64,000 bases of DNA, taken from assembly GCA_965208615.1 (NCBI GenBank), contig CBDBPB010000001.1:128001-192000 (forward strand), written 5' to 3'. The stretch is from Spirochaetota bacterium (lineage in GTDB: Bacteria > Spirochaetota > UBA6919 > CBDBPB01). Position 1 is the stretch's first letter, and the number at the start of each line of letters is the position of its first letter. The translations under genes were made by a program, and so were the position numbers. Of this stretch, positions 28,497 through 39,700 are shown piece by piece. The notes below the pieces were generated by a model, which had not been told where the DNA came from, searched no databases, and worked only from the letters and a program-made list of their open reading frames with translations.

Positions 28497-29429
28497 TTAT
28501 AAAACTATTTCTAGTCGTTCTCTGGAAAAAAAGGCAATCATACTATTAACACCTTTTTCTTTAAGTTTATTTATAACTCCAAATTGTAGACTATCCAATT
28601 CTCTATCAGTACGAATAGGATCATGATGAAATAATGCTAACTTTTTACATTTTGCAGTTAAGCCAAAATCAATTGCATAATCAATGGTACTATGCCCCCA
28701 TCCAATCTTAGTTTTATACTCTTCTGTAGTATATTGTGCGTCATATATAAGAAGATCAGCATTTCTGGCAAAATTAATTACTTTTTTGTTTTGAATATTA
28801 ACAGCTTCCTCAGCTTCTTTAATGGCTTCTTCATAATCACTTTTCTCCATATCGCTCTTACCTTCCATTTCCTCTGCAAATATATTCCTAAATGGTTCGT
28901 TATCATATAGTGTGACTAAAGTTTTATTTCCACAACTTATTCTATAGCCCAAGCATAATATGGGGTGATTAAGATAACAAGTACTAACCTCAAAAGGCGG
29001 TAAGTCAATAACTTGTTCTTTTATTTCAATAAATTCGATTTTTCCTCTAAGATCCATAAGCTTAATAGGAAAATAAGAATATTGCATTTGTCCAGCTACA
29101 ATATCTTTTAAACTACCTCCTATAGCATTTACTGGTCCTCTAAAGGTTATTACAGAAGATGGTACATAGGCAGGAGCAAAAAAAGGAAAACCTTGTATGT
29201 GATCCCAATGAGTATGAGATAAGAAAATATTTACATTCAACGGGTTTTTGGGCAAGTCGTTCGATATTAAAAAATTCCCTAGTTCTCTAAGGCCAGTACC
29301 AGCATCAATAACTAAAAGCTCATCATTAGGGCCTCTAACTTCTATACAAGCAGTATTACCACCATATTTTACCGTATTTGGCCCAGGGGTCGGTACTGAT
29401 CCCCTAACTCCCCAGAATCGTACTCTCAT
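28497..29429 (-). CDS. MBL-fold metallohydrolase (putative phosphodiesterase)
   Basis: FWGVRGSVPTPG, YGGNTAC, DAGTG, SHTHWDHIQG, GWGHS and FHHDP. Confidence 0.92.
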   Translation of the reverse strand: MRVRFWGVRGSVPTPGPNTVKYGGNTACIEVRGPNDELLVIDAGTGLRELGNFLISNDLPKNPLNVNIFLSHTHWDHIQGFPFFAPAYVPSSVITFRGPVNAIGGSLKDIVAGQMQYSYFPIKLMDLRGKIEFIEIKEQVIDLPPFEVSTCYLNHPILCLGYRISCGNKTLVTLYDNEPFRNIFAEEMEGKSDMEKSDYEEAIKEAEEAVNIQNKKVINFARNADLLIYDAQYTTEEYKTKIGWGHSTIDYAIDFGLTAKCKKLALFHHDPIRTDRELDSLQFGVINKLKEKGVNSMIAFFSRERLEIVL

Positions 29430-29444
29430 GAGTGCCTCTTTAGA

Positions 29445-30311
29445 TCATTTAATATTTAAAAATATACTGGCCCTCTCTATTTCTTCAAATATAGCAGGCT
29501 TCCAACTATCAAGTATTTTTTCAGTTAAAGAAAGACTTGATAATAATTTTGCATTTTGTAAAATATTTGAAGAGTTTCCACTATAGCCTATCTCATTACG
29601 ATTACAAAAGTTGTTAGCAACTGCTACAGAATAAACTAAATTAGAATATTCTTTATCACAATCTTCTGTATTATGATGATACTCAATTACTTGACTAATA
29701 CTTTCAGAAAGCTTCCATTTATCCACAAGCATTTTCCCAACATCACAATGGTTTATACCAAGAAGCTTAGTTTCTATATCTATAAGGTTACCAGAGTCGT
29801 TTTCAACCTTCTTTATAACAGCTGTATACTCATCTGACAAATTACGTTCCAAAACAATTTTTCCTATATCATGTAAAAAACCACAAATAAAATATTCTTC
29901 TATTATTTTGCTATCGACTCCAAGACTCTTAGCTATCAACTTTGCAGTAGCACCTGTACCTAAAGAATGTTGCCAAAACTTAGCCACTTTTAAAGTTTTC
30001 CAGTAGCCCCTCTTTTTAAGACCAACTATGGGGATAACTGCACTAGTAATAGCTAAATTTCTAATAGTATTAACGCCCAAATATATAATTGCCTTAACTA
30101 TAGATGTAACCCTATTTGGCAATGAATAATAAGCAGAATTACATATTTGTAAAACCCTACCAGTTAGTACAGGATCAAGACTAATTACTTTATTCAGACT
30201 GTTAGGAGAAAAATTAGGATCCTTTGTAACCTCTAAAACTTTTGCAACCGTTATAGGAAGGCTTGGCATATTATCTATATTTCTTAAAATCCGGTTTATG
30301 AATTTTGACAT
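29445..30311 (-). CDS. HDOD domain protein
   Basis: PSLP, DPVLT, NSAYY, LGVNTIRNL, FWQHS, LHDIGK, NHCDVG and YHH; ATG at 30311 gives 288 aa. Confidence 0.93.
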   Translation of the reverse strand: MSKFINRILRNIDNMPSLPITVAKVLEVTKDPNFSPNSLNKVISLDPVLTGRVLQICNSAYYSLPNRVTSIVKAIIYLGVNTIRNLAITSAVIPIVGLKKRGYWKTLKVAKFWQHSLGTGATAKLIAKSLGVDSKIIEEYFICGFLHDIGKIVLERNLSDEYTAVIKKVENDSGNLIDIETKLLGINHCDVGKMLVDKWKLSESISQVIEYHHNTEDCDKEYSNLVYSVAVANNFCNRNEIGYSGNSSNILQNAKLLSSLSLTEKILDSWKPAIFEEIERASIFLNIK

Positions 30312-30400
30312 TATAAATCCTATCAACTAATTTTTATTTCTTCCCCAACCTGAAGAATAGTATTATAACGGCATTTCAATCAAATTTAAAACACTCTAGA

Positions 30401-31267
30401 CTACAATATATTTAAAAAAACCGATGCTTCATCAATTACTACAGAAATATCACTTTTCCAGGATTCAAGGTCATCATGCTTTAGATTCAAAAACTCCATT
30501 ATTTCAGGTTGAATGACTTCATGAGTATTCTCTACAGTTCCAAATAATTTATTACGGTTACAGAAAGTATTAGCAACATTAACCGAATAAACAAGATATT
30601 TATTTTCTTCACTACATTCTTTAGGATTATGGTGATATGCCATTACCTCTTTAAGAGTATTAGTCAGTGCCCACCTTTCTGCTAATAGTCTTCCTACTTC
30701 TGCATGATTAATTCCTAAAATATTGTCTTCTATTTCAATAATAGTTTTATCACTATCTTTATATGCCTCAATTACCTTAATATATTGTTCTGAAAAGTTA
30801 TGGTCTATTATAACTTTTCCAATATCATGAAGGAGACCGCTTATAAAGAATTCATCCCAAAAGATCTTGTCAATATTAATTTTTTTAGCTATGAATTTTG
30901 CAACAACTCCTGTTGCCAAAGAATGCTTCCAATAGCCATAAACGTCTAGTACCAACCAACTTTTTTTTGCGTATCTACCAACTAATGGCATTAGACTAGA
31001 TGCCAAAACAAGATTACGAATAGTATTAACACCCAAATATATAATTGCCTTAACTACAGAGGTTACCCGTGTTGATAATCCATAATAAGCAGAGTTAACC
31101 AACTTTAAAAGCCTCATAGTAATAGTAGGATCAATGGATATAACCTTGCTAAGATCATTAGGAGAAGTATTAATATCTTTGGTAATATCTAAAACTTTAT
31201 TTACTGTAATTGGCAAAACTGGAATATTATCAATATTTTTAATAATATTATCTTCAATTTTTGTCAT
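30401..31267 (-). CDS. HDOD domain protein (tandem paralog)
   Basis: PVLP, DPTIT, NSAYY, LGVNTIRNL, YWKHS, LHDIGK, NHAEVG and YHH; 288 aa. Confidence 0.93.
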   Translation of the reverse strand: MTKIEDNIIKNIDNIPVLPITVNKVLDITKDINTSPNDLSKVISIDPTITMRLLKLVNSAYYGLSTRVTSVVKAIIYLGVNTIRNLVLASSLMPLVGRYAKKSWLVLDVYGYWKHSLATGVVAKFIAKKINIDKIFWDEFFISGLLHDIGKVIIDHNFSEQYIKVIEAYKDSDKTIIEIEDNILGINHAEVGRLLAERWALTNTLKEVMAYHHNPKECSEENKYLVYSVNVANTFCNRNKLFGTVENTHEVIQPEIMEFLNLKHDDLESWKSDISVVIDEASVFLNIL

Positions 31268-31557
31268 TCTTTTACTATCACTATTTTTTATATGTCATTA
31301 TAAGCTACTAAACTCTTAATTTGTTAACTAATAAATAGTTTAACAAGATAACAAATAATATAATATCTTAACCGTAAATTAGATTAATTTTTTCTAATTT
31401 TTAAAAGTATTAATACCTTAACCCAATTATAAACCAAATTACTATTACTCGCTTATAACTAACTTATAATAAGTATTTACATTTGCAATTATAAACCTAA
31501 CTATACTAAACACTTTATAACCTAAAATCTATACTATACTTATGTATAACTTAAACC

Positions 31558-31586
31558 TTGACTTTATAATATACTTTTCGTATTAT
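31558..31586 (+). promoter_or_regulatory. Sigma-70-like promoter upstream of pheS
   Basis: TTGACT-17 nt-TATTAT. Confidence 0.5.
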
Positions 31587-31826
31587 TTTTTTGTTCAATA
31601 ATTACGACTTATAAATAATTACCTTTAATAACAATAGCTTTGTATAAAGATAAAGCTCATTTTTGTCTTATATAGTCTTGAAGAGTTTTTTAATAGTCTA
31701 TCGAAAGACTTATTAAGCTAACTTAAACTTAAAAAAAATATAATATAATTTTATAACAATAACAATAAACAATATTAACTTTATTAGCAAATAATTAAAT
31801 AAACCCAACTTGTTTTATGAGAGAAA

Positions 31827-32846
31827 ATGAAAAATCAACTTATTAATTTAAAAAATGAAGCAGAAAAAATAATCCCTAATATAACTTGTGAAAAAGAACT
31901 AGAAAGCTTTAGACTCTCATGCATCGGCAAAAAAGGAAAACTAACCTCTATATTAAAAAGTTTAGGATCCTTATCAAAAGAAGAAAAGCCTATCATTGGA
32001 AAGCTATCTAATGAAACTAAAGCTATAATTATAAAGCTAATAAATCAAAAAAAATGCGAACTTAAAAAACTATCCCAACAACATAAAGAACAACAAAACT
32101 TTATAGATATTACTTTACCAGGTAGAAAAGTCAATATAGGGCATTTTCACCCTATTACACAAATAACCAACGACATAAGCCATATATTTAAAAGACTTGG
32201 CTTCTCAGTAGCAGATGGACCCGAATTAGAGCATCAATACTATAATTTTGAAGCCCTTAATATACCCCAACATCACCCAGCAAGAGATGAACAGGATTCT
32301 TTTTATATAACATCAAACAGACTTCTAAGAACTCAAACATCCCCCGTACAAATAAGAGTCATGGAAAAACAATCACCTCCTATTTCTGTTATATCCACAG
32401 GACGGTGTTTTAGACGGGATGCAGTGGATGCAACACATTCTCACACCTTCCACCAAATAGAAGGACTCTCTGTAGATAAGAATATATCATTCGCAGACCT
32501 AAAAGGTGTATTACACTTATTCGCAAAAGAAATGTTTGGTGCCAATACTAAAACTCGATTTAGACCAGACTTTTTCCCTTTTACCGAGCCTAGTGCCGAG
32601 TTTGCTATAAGTTGCTTTATTTGTAAAGGCAAAGGATGCAAAGTATGCAAGGGTAGTACCTGGATAGAGATAGGTGGATGTGGGTTAGTGGATCCTACAG
32701 TATTTTCTTTTGTTAAAATCGATCCCAATGAATACTCAGGATATGCCTTTGGTATGGGGATAGAACGATTGGCTATGATAAAATATGGAGTACCTGATAT
32801 TAGAATGTTCTACGAAAATGATCTTAAATTCCTAAAACAGTTTTAG
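31827..32846 (+). CDS. pheS: Phenylalanine--tRNA ligase alpha subunit
   Basis: HPARDEQDSFY, LRTQTSPVQ, FHQIEG, FFPFTEPS and GYAFGMGIER. Confidence 0.98.
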   Translation: MKNQLINLKNEAEKIIPNITCEKELESFRLSCIGKKGKLTSILKSLGSLSKEEKPIIGKLSNETKAIIIKLINQKKCELKKLSQQHKEQQNFIDITLPGRKVNIGHFHPITQITNDISHIFKRLGFSVADGPELEHQYYNFEALNIPQHHPARDEQDSFYITSNRLLRTQTSPVQIRVMEKQSPPISVISTGRCFRRDAVDATHSHTFHQIEGLSVDKNISFADLKGVLHLFAKEMFGANTKTRFRPDFFPFTEPSAEFAISCFICKGKGCKVCKGSTWIEIGGCGLVDPTVFSFVKIDPNEYSGYAFGMGIERLAMIKYGVPDIRMFYENDLKFLKQF

Positions 32847-32894
32847 CCTAAATACTTTTATCAATGTATAAAAATTATTAATATTTAGGCTTTG

Positions 32895-34514
32895 TTATTT
32901 TATCCCTCTACTTTTAGAAAACTCAATGGCATTTTTTATGAAACTCTTAAACAACGGATGACCTAATACAGGCTTGGACTTAAACTCTGGATGAAATTGG
33001 ACTCCGATATACCATGGATGATCTTTTATCTCAATTAGCTCTACTAAGTTATTCTCCTGATACACAGCACCAATAACTAATCCATGATCACATAAAATAT
33101 CCTTATAGACATTATTGAACTCATACCTATGCCTATGCCTTTCCTGTATAAGCCTGGAGCCATAAGCACTATAAGCAACAGTATCCTCTATTAACATAGC
33201 CTCATAGCTTCCAAGACGCATAGTACCACCAAAATCTTCAACTTTTTTCTGCTCAGATAGCAAACTAACAACTGGATAAGGAGTAGTATCATCAAACTCA
33301 GTTGAATTAGCTCCAGCTAATCCGCAAACATTATTAGCAAACTCAATAACCATACACTGCATCCCAAGACAAATACCAAAAGTAGGTATCTTATTCTCTC
33401 TTCCATAAGAACAGGTAACAAGCTTACCCTCAATACCTCTTTCACCAAAGCCTCCAGGTATTATTATACCATCCAAATTAGAAAGCTGGTTTTCAATATT
33501 CTCAGTGGTCAGTTCTGGATGTATTTTTATAATATTAGCGAAACTATTGTTTGCAACGGCACCATGTTGTATTGCCTCATAAAGACTTTTATACGCATCA
33601 TTAAGCTCAGTATACTTTCCTATAACACCTATATTCACCTTATATTCTGGATTATTTAAAATATTCACGATATTATTCCACATGGATAGGTTTAGGTTAT
33701 TAGTCTTTAATCCTAACTTCTTGACAACAATATCATCCAGGCCAGCTTTACTATATTGAATAGGAATTTCATAAATACTACTTTTAAAATCTAGTGCCTC
33801 AATAACAGCCTCTTTTTCCACATCGCAGAATAGAGCCAATTTATCCCTCATATCCTTAGACATACTTTTAGAAGTTCTACACAAAAGAATATCAGGACGT
33901 ATTCCAATAGACCTAAGTTCCTTTACACTATGCTGAGTAGGCTTAGTTTTCTGTTCTCCAGCTACGGCTATAAGCGGTATCAGTGTAAGATGTATGTATA
34001 TAGCATTATTTTTACCAACATCCTGTGAAAACTGTCTAATAGCCTCCAAAAAAGGGATACTCTCTATATCACCTACTGTACCCCCTATTTCAACGATAAC
34101 TACATCAGGAGTATTATCTCTTGCAACCTGCTTTATACGGGCTTTTATTTCATCGGTTATGTGTGGTATTACTTGTACAGTTCTTCCAAGGTACTCTCCA
34201 CGTCTTTCTCTTTCTATTACCGTTTGATATATTTGTCCTGTAGTTATGCTACACCTTTTTGTAACCTTTGATGAAGTAAAACGTTCATAATTACCAAGAT
34301 CAAGATCAGTTTCTGCTCCATCATGGGTTACATAAACCTCTCCATGCTGATATGGAGACATAGTACCAGGATCAATATTAATATACGGATCAATTTTTTG
34401 CATAGCTACACTTAAGCCGCGATTTTCTAATATACACCCAAGAGATGCGGCTGCTATTCCCTTTCCTAATGAAGAACATACTCCACCGGTTACAAAAATA
34501 TATTTACTTAGCAC
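32895..34514 (-). CDS. pyrG: CTP synthase
   Basis: KYIFVTGGVCSSLGKG, DPGTMSPYQHGE, KTKPTQ, GICLGMQ and QFHPE. Confidence 0.98.
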   Translation of the reverse strand: MLSKYIFVTGGVCSSLGKGIAAASLGCILENRGLSVAMQKIDPYINIDPGTMSPYQHGEVYVTHDGAETDLDLGNYERFTSSKVTKRCSITTGQIYQTVIERERRGEYLGRTVQVIPHITDEIKARIKQVARDNTPDVVIVEIGGTVGDIESIPFLEAIRQFSQDVGKNNAIYIHLTLIPLIAVAGEQKTKPTQHSVKELRSIGIRPDILLCRTSKSMSKDMRDKLALFCDVEKEAVIEALDFKSSIYEIPIQYSKAGLDDIVVKKLGLKTNNLNLSMWNNIVNILNNPEYKVNIGVIGKYTELNDAYKSLYEAIQHGAVANNSFANIIKIHPELTTENIENQLSNLDGIIIPGGFGERGIEGKLVTCSYGRENKIPTFGICLGMQCMVIEFANNVCGLAGANSTEFDDTTPYPVVSLLSEQKKVEDFGGTMRLGSYEAMLIEDTVAYSAYGSRLIQERHRHRYEFNNVYKDILCDHGLVIGAVYQENNLVELIEIKDHPWYIGVQFHPEFKSKPVLGHPLFKSFIKNAIEFSKSRGIK

Positions 34515-34602
34515 TTTTTTATCCTTAATATATAATTAGGCTTACTCCGTTAATATTTTAAAGTAACTTAGTTATAAATCAACAATTATGAGATAATCGG
34601 CA

Positions 34603-35346
34603 TTATGATATTATTCTTAATTTTCTTTTTGATAAAACCTTTTCTAAAGTGTTTATATCATCTTTCGTGTCAACACCTATGGTATTAAATGAGGTCTCTA
34701 TCAGCTTAATAGCTATATTGTATTCCAAAAACCGTAGCTGTTCAAGGTTTTCTGTTTGTTCCAGCTCAGAGCATGGCAAGGTTGATATATAGTCTAATAT
34801 CTTTTTTGGATAAGCATATAACCCAATATGTTTAAAGTATTTATATTCATTTTTATTTTTGTTATAGGGAATTGGATATCTAGAAAAATACATAGCCTCA
34901 TTATTTATATTATCTACTACCTTGACTACATTAGGATTATTAAGTTCTTTTTCATCAGTTATTCTTTTTTTAAGAGAAGTAATTCCATAAAAATTACCAT
35001 CCAAAAAAGGGCTAACCAACTGATTTATCATATCTTTGTTTATAAGGGGTTCATCTCCCTGTATATTAACGAATATATCACCTTTTATTTTATTACTAAC
35101 CTCAATAATACGTTCAGTTCCGGATCTATGGTTGGTTGAGGTCATAATGTTTGGGATAGAGTGCTTTTGGCATACCTTAGCCACTTTATTGTTATCGACT
35201 GCAACAACTAAATGACTAAGCAACTCAGACTTTTTAGCATTATCATAAACATAATATATAATAGGCCGCCCCAAAATAGGATAGATAACCTTTTCTGGTA
35301 AACGTTTTGAGTTAAGCCTTGCTGGGATTACTCCAACTATAGTCAT
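34603..35346 (-). CDS. kdsB: 3-deoxy-manno-octulosonate cytidylyltransferase
   Basis: IPARLNSKRLPEK, SGTER, NIQGDEP, YFSR, KHIGLYAY, LEQLR and GVDT. Confidence 0.95.
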   Translation of the reverse strand: MTIVGVIPARLNSKRLPEKVIYPILGRPIIYYVYDNAKKSELLSHLVVAVDNNKVAKVCQKHSIPNIMTSTNHRSGTERIIEVSNKIKGDIFVNIQGDEPLINKDMINQLVSPFLDGNFYGITSLKKRITDEKELNNPNVVKVVDNINNEAMYFSRYPIPYNKNKNEYKYFKHIGLYAYPKKILDYISTLPCSELEQTENLEQLRFLEYNIAIKLIETSFNTIGVDTKDDINTLEKVLSKRKLRIIS

Positions 35347-35415
35347 AATACTAAAATTAATATACCATAAAATCCTATAATATATAGTAGTCCTGTTTTT
35401 AAAAATAGGTAAATG

Positions 35416-35445
35416 TTGACACCATAATCAGTTTTCTTATATTAT
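35416..35445 (+). promoter_or_regulatory. Sigma-70-like promoter for the Vgb-like/metH genes
   Basis: TTGACA followed by TATATT (16-nt spacer) or TATTAT (18-nt spacer). Confidence 0.5.
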
Positions 35446-35476
35446 TCAATTAATAAAACATTAAAGGTAGTAATCC

Positions 35477-36727
35477 ATGTTATTAAAAATAATAAGCCTT
35501 ATTTCGCTTTTATTAATCCTTATAGCTCCCATTTACTCTAAAAATAAAAAACTAACTAAATCATATATCGGTGAATTTCATGAGTGGAATGCCATAAGTC
35601 TATACTCAAGCCCAGATCAAATAAGAATTGATCCCTTTAATGAGAATATTATATGGTTTACTCAACCAAGTATACACGGACTATCAAAGTTTAACTTCAA
35701 AAATAAAAAACTTATCGAATACAAAATAGTACTAAAAAAACAACTTGCCAAGCAATATAATAAAATAATAAAATATAGACCCGATGGACTCGTCATAGAT
35801 AAAAATGGTATCCTTTGGTTTGGAGAACAGTCATCCGGTACACTGGGTAAGTTTGATCCCAAAGAAAAACAAATTAAACATTTTAAGGCTCCATATAAAA
35901 AAGCAAACCTCACTATCCCAACAGTAGACCATAACGGATATATCTGGATAACTGATCACCAAAATAATAAAATATTAAGATTTGATCCCAAAAAAAAGTC
36001 GTTCTATATTATTAATGTACCTAGTCCAAATAGCTGGGTAGTCGATCTAAAAACCGATTCCAAAAATAGAATATGGTATTCATCATGCTTGTCAAACGTA
36101 ATCGGAATGATAGATTATAATAAAAAAATAATTATAGAGTATAGTTTACCAAAAATAGCCCCATTATCAAGTTTGAGTAAAATGTCGGGTAACCATAAAA
36201 AATCATCATGGAAAGGTAATGGTCCAGCTTTTATCGCAATAGACTCCAAGGATAGAATATGGTTTACACTATGGGCTACAAATAAAATTGCTGTCTTTGA
36301 TCCAAAAACGAATATCCTTAAATATTATACTCTGCTAACTAATCCAAGTATGGCCTCTATCACTATTACTAAAAATAATGTTATCTTTTTCTCTGCCGAT
36401 AAGTTAAATGCCATTGTAATGCTTGATACAAAAAATGATAACTACTTTCACGTCTTTCCTATACCAACACCAAAATCCGGTCAGAAAGATGGAATCACCG
36501 TTGATAGTAAAGGTGTTGTATGGTTTACAGAGTTCGCTAAGAACAAATTTGGACGCCTTAAAATATCTGATAAAAAATACTATAAACCTAATAAGATAAG
36601 CCATATACAAAAACCCAATAACGAAAGAATAACCGTTGTGAATGGCTTTGTTGAAAAGACAAAGAAAATAATACTAAAGCCAGTTAAAATAAGAACTACT
36701 ATGATTAAAGATCCAAAAAATCAATGA
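35477..36727 (+). CDS. Secreted Vgb (virginiamycin B lyase)-like beta-propeller protein
   Basis: Signal peptide; repeated blades P..I..DxxGxIWFT....KIxxFDP. Confidence 0.85.
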   Translation: MLLKIISLISLLLILIAPIYSKNKKLTKSYIGEFHEWNAISLYSSPDQIRIDPFNENIIWFTQPSIHGLSKFNFKNKKLIEYKIVLKKQLAKQYNKIIKYRPDGLVIDKNGILWFGEQSSGTLGKFDPKEKQIKHFKAPYKKANLTIPTVDHNGYIWITDHQNNKILRFDPKKKSFYIINVPSPNSWVVDLKTDSKNRIWYSSCLSNVIGMIDYNKKIIIEYSLPKIAPLSSLSKMSGNHKKSSWKGNGPAFIAIDSKDRIWFTLWATNKIAVFDPKTNILKYYTLLTNPSMASITITKNNVIFFSADKLNAIVMLDTKNDNYFHVFPIPTPKSGQKDGITVDSKGVVWFTEFAKNKFGRLKISDKKYYKPNKISHIQKPNNERITVVNGFVEKTKKIILKPVKIRTTMIKDPKNQ

Positions 36728-36763
36728 TATATACCTTAAAACAAAACTCCTAAGGGAATAATA

Positions 36764-39700
36764 ATGCCTAGTAGATTTTTAGAAGAATTAAATAACCGTA
36801 TACTAATTTTTGATGGTGCTATGGGTACCTCCATACAAGGATATAACCTAAAGTATGATGACTATAAAGGAAAAGATGGCTGTAATGAATATTTGGTTAT
36901 AACCAGAGCAAATATAATAAAAGAAATCCATAAAAGCTATTTAGAAGCTGGTTGCGACGTAATCGAGACTAATACATTTGGAGCCAATCGCTTTAAACTA
37001 AAAGAATATGCCCTGGATGATAAGATTTATGAAATTAATTATAAAGCATCCTGTATTGCCAGAGAAGTGGCTGATTCTTTTAGCACTAAAGAAAAACCGA
37101 GATTTGTTGTGGGATCTATCGGTCCAAGCGGATTCTTACCTTCTTCCAGTGATCCTGATTTATCTAAAGTCCAGTTTGATGAACTGGCTTATGTATTTGC
37201 AGAACAAGCAAAAGCCCTCGTTGATGGCGGAGTAGATGCACTATTAATAGAAACCAGTCAGGATATGCTAGAAGTAAAGTCTGCCATATACGGTATAAAA
37301 AAGTTTTTTAAAGAAAATGGTAATAAGCTTCCTTTAATAGTCCAGATTACCCTTGATACCTCTGGTAAAATGCTATTGGGTACTGATATTACTTCTGCTC
37401 TTACTACTATAGAGTCTATGGAAGCTGATGTCATTGGAATGAACTGTAGTACAGGTCCCAAAGACATGAGAGATCCAGCTCGTTATTTATGTGAAAATAC
37501 AAATCTAAAGATTTCTATAATACCAAATGCAGGTATCCCAGTAAATCAGGACGGAAAAGCTGTATACCTTTTAAGTCCAGATAAAATGGCTGAACAGCTA
37601 TCCGACTTTATTAAAGAGTTTGGCGTTAATATTATTGGTGGATGTTGTGGTACTAGTCCTGATCATATTAGAGAGCTTAGTAAAGCTTTTGCTACTATTC
37701 CTCCAAAACAAAGACGGGTTGATAAAAATGTTTATGTATCCAGCTCTATGAAATCTGTATGCCTTAAACAAGAGCCTAGACCTCTTATTGTTGGTGAGAG
37801 AATTAATGCACAAGGAAGCCGTAAAGTAAAACGGCTACTATTAGAAGAAGATTATCAATCTATAATAAAAATTGCCAGAGAACAGCTAAACTATGGAGCC
37901 CATATATTAGATGTATGCGTTGCAATAACCGAAAGAGATGATGAACCTGAAACAATGCAAAAACTTCTTAAGCTTTTATCTATGTCCATTGAAACCCCTG
38001 TTATGGTCGACTCTACCGATTATAACGTAGTTGAAATAGCACTCAAAAACTATGCTGGAACTATTATTGTAAACTCTATCAACTTAGAAAATGGACGAGA
38101 AAAGGCTGACAAGATTTTATCCCTTATAAATGACTATGGCGGAGCCGTGGTAGCATTAACTATAGACGAAAAAGGTATGGCAAAAACTTTAGATAGAAAA
38201 ATTGAGATATCCCAAAAGCTTTATGACATTTATGTTAATGAATACAACTTTAAGCCTGGCTCTTTGATAATAGATTTATTAACCTTCACGCTAGCTACTG
38301 GTGAAGATGAATGGAAAAACTCTGCAATAGAAACCATAAATGCAATTAAAGAAATTAAATCAAGATTCCCAAAAGTATTAACAAGCCTGGGAGTTAGTAA
38401 CTGCTCATTTGGACTAAACCCTTATGCACGTAAAATCCTTAATAGCATATATCTTTATCATAGTGTTCAGGCTGGTTTAGACATTGCTATGGTCAATCCA
38501 AAAGATATTATACCTTATCCGTCTATACCTAATAAGGAAAGGGTATTAGTAGAAAACTTAATTTTTAATCGTTCTGATAATGCACTATCCGATCTAATAG
38601 CCCATTTTGAAAAGAATGATAAACCAAAAAATAATAAGAAAACAAGCTCTAACTTACTCTCAGTTGAGGAGACCATACATAATAAAGTCCTACATAGAGA
38701 CTCAGACCAAATAGAAGAACTTTTGGATGAGGCTATGGAAAAATATAGTCCCGTTGAAGTGCTAAACAACATACTACTAAATGCTATGAAGGACGTGGGG
38801 GATAAATTCGGTACTGGTGAACTCATTTTACCATTTGTACTACAATCTGCAGAGGTCATGAAAAAGGCTGTTAACTACTTAGAAGGCTTTTTGGAAGATA
38901 AAGCTATCTCTACTAAAGCGGCAGTCTTATTGGCAACTGTATACGGCGACGTACACGATATTGGTAAAAACCTATTTAAGACTATATTAACCAATAATGG
39001 CTATGTTGTACACGATATAGGAAAGCAAGTCCCGGTTCAAACAATAATCGAAAAGGCTGTAAAACTAAAAGTGGATGCTATTGGTTTAAGTGCCTTATTG
39101 GTATCTACTTCAAAGCAGATGGCTATTTGTATAGAGGAATTATATAAAAACGGTTATAATTATCCGGTTTTGATTGGCGGTGCCGCTATAAATCAGGACT
39201 ATGGGTATAGAATTGCTTTTGTTGATGATAAAACTATTTATTCTGGTGGTGTATTTTATGGAAAAGACGTCTTTCAAGGACTAGAGATTATGGATTCCCT
39301 TTCTGATAAGGATAAAAAGCATCTTATCATAAAAGAGAACAAGGATAAAGCAATAAAATATATAGGGAAAAAAAAGAATAAGTCGAAAGTCCCTGAAGAA
39401 AAAACTATTAAAAAGTCTAATATAAATAGAGTTAATGACATACCCAATCCGCCGTTTTGGGGGACTAAAGTTATTTTAGAAAAAGACATAAATATGAATG
39501 AGCTATTTGATAACCTTAACCTTACTGAGCTTTTTAGGTTATCATGGGGTGGACGCGGTAAAAAGCTTAGTGAGTATAAGCTCCTTGTTGAAAACGAGTT
39601 TAAGCCTTTATTAAATAATCTTAAGCAATACATAAAAGAAAATAGTATTTTTAGTCCTAAAATTGTTTATGGATATTTTCCATGTTTATCCCATGAAGAC

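Noticed and set aside
31590-31826. T-box riboswitch or c-di-GMP riboswitch upstream of pheS
   Set aside because: No T-box core (GGTGG-ACC), no GC-rich terminator and no GEMM consensus is visible
34594-34620. GCCGATTA on the minus strand upstream of pyrG as a sigma-28 promoter
   Set aside because: The -35 match is poor and lies inside the kdsB coding end; pyrG is more simply read through from kdsB
35477-36727. Calling the Vgb-like gene a streptogramin resistance determinant
   Set aside because: It has a signal peptide and only fold-level similarity; catalytic residues are not verified
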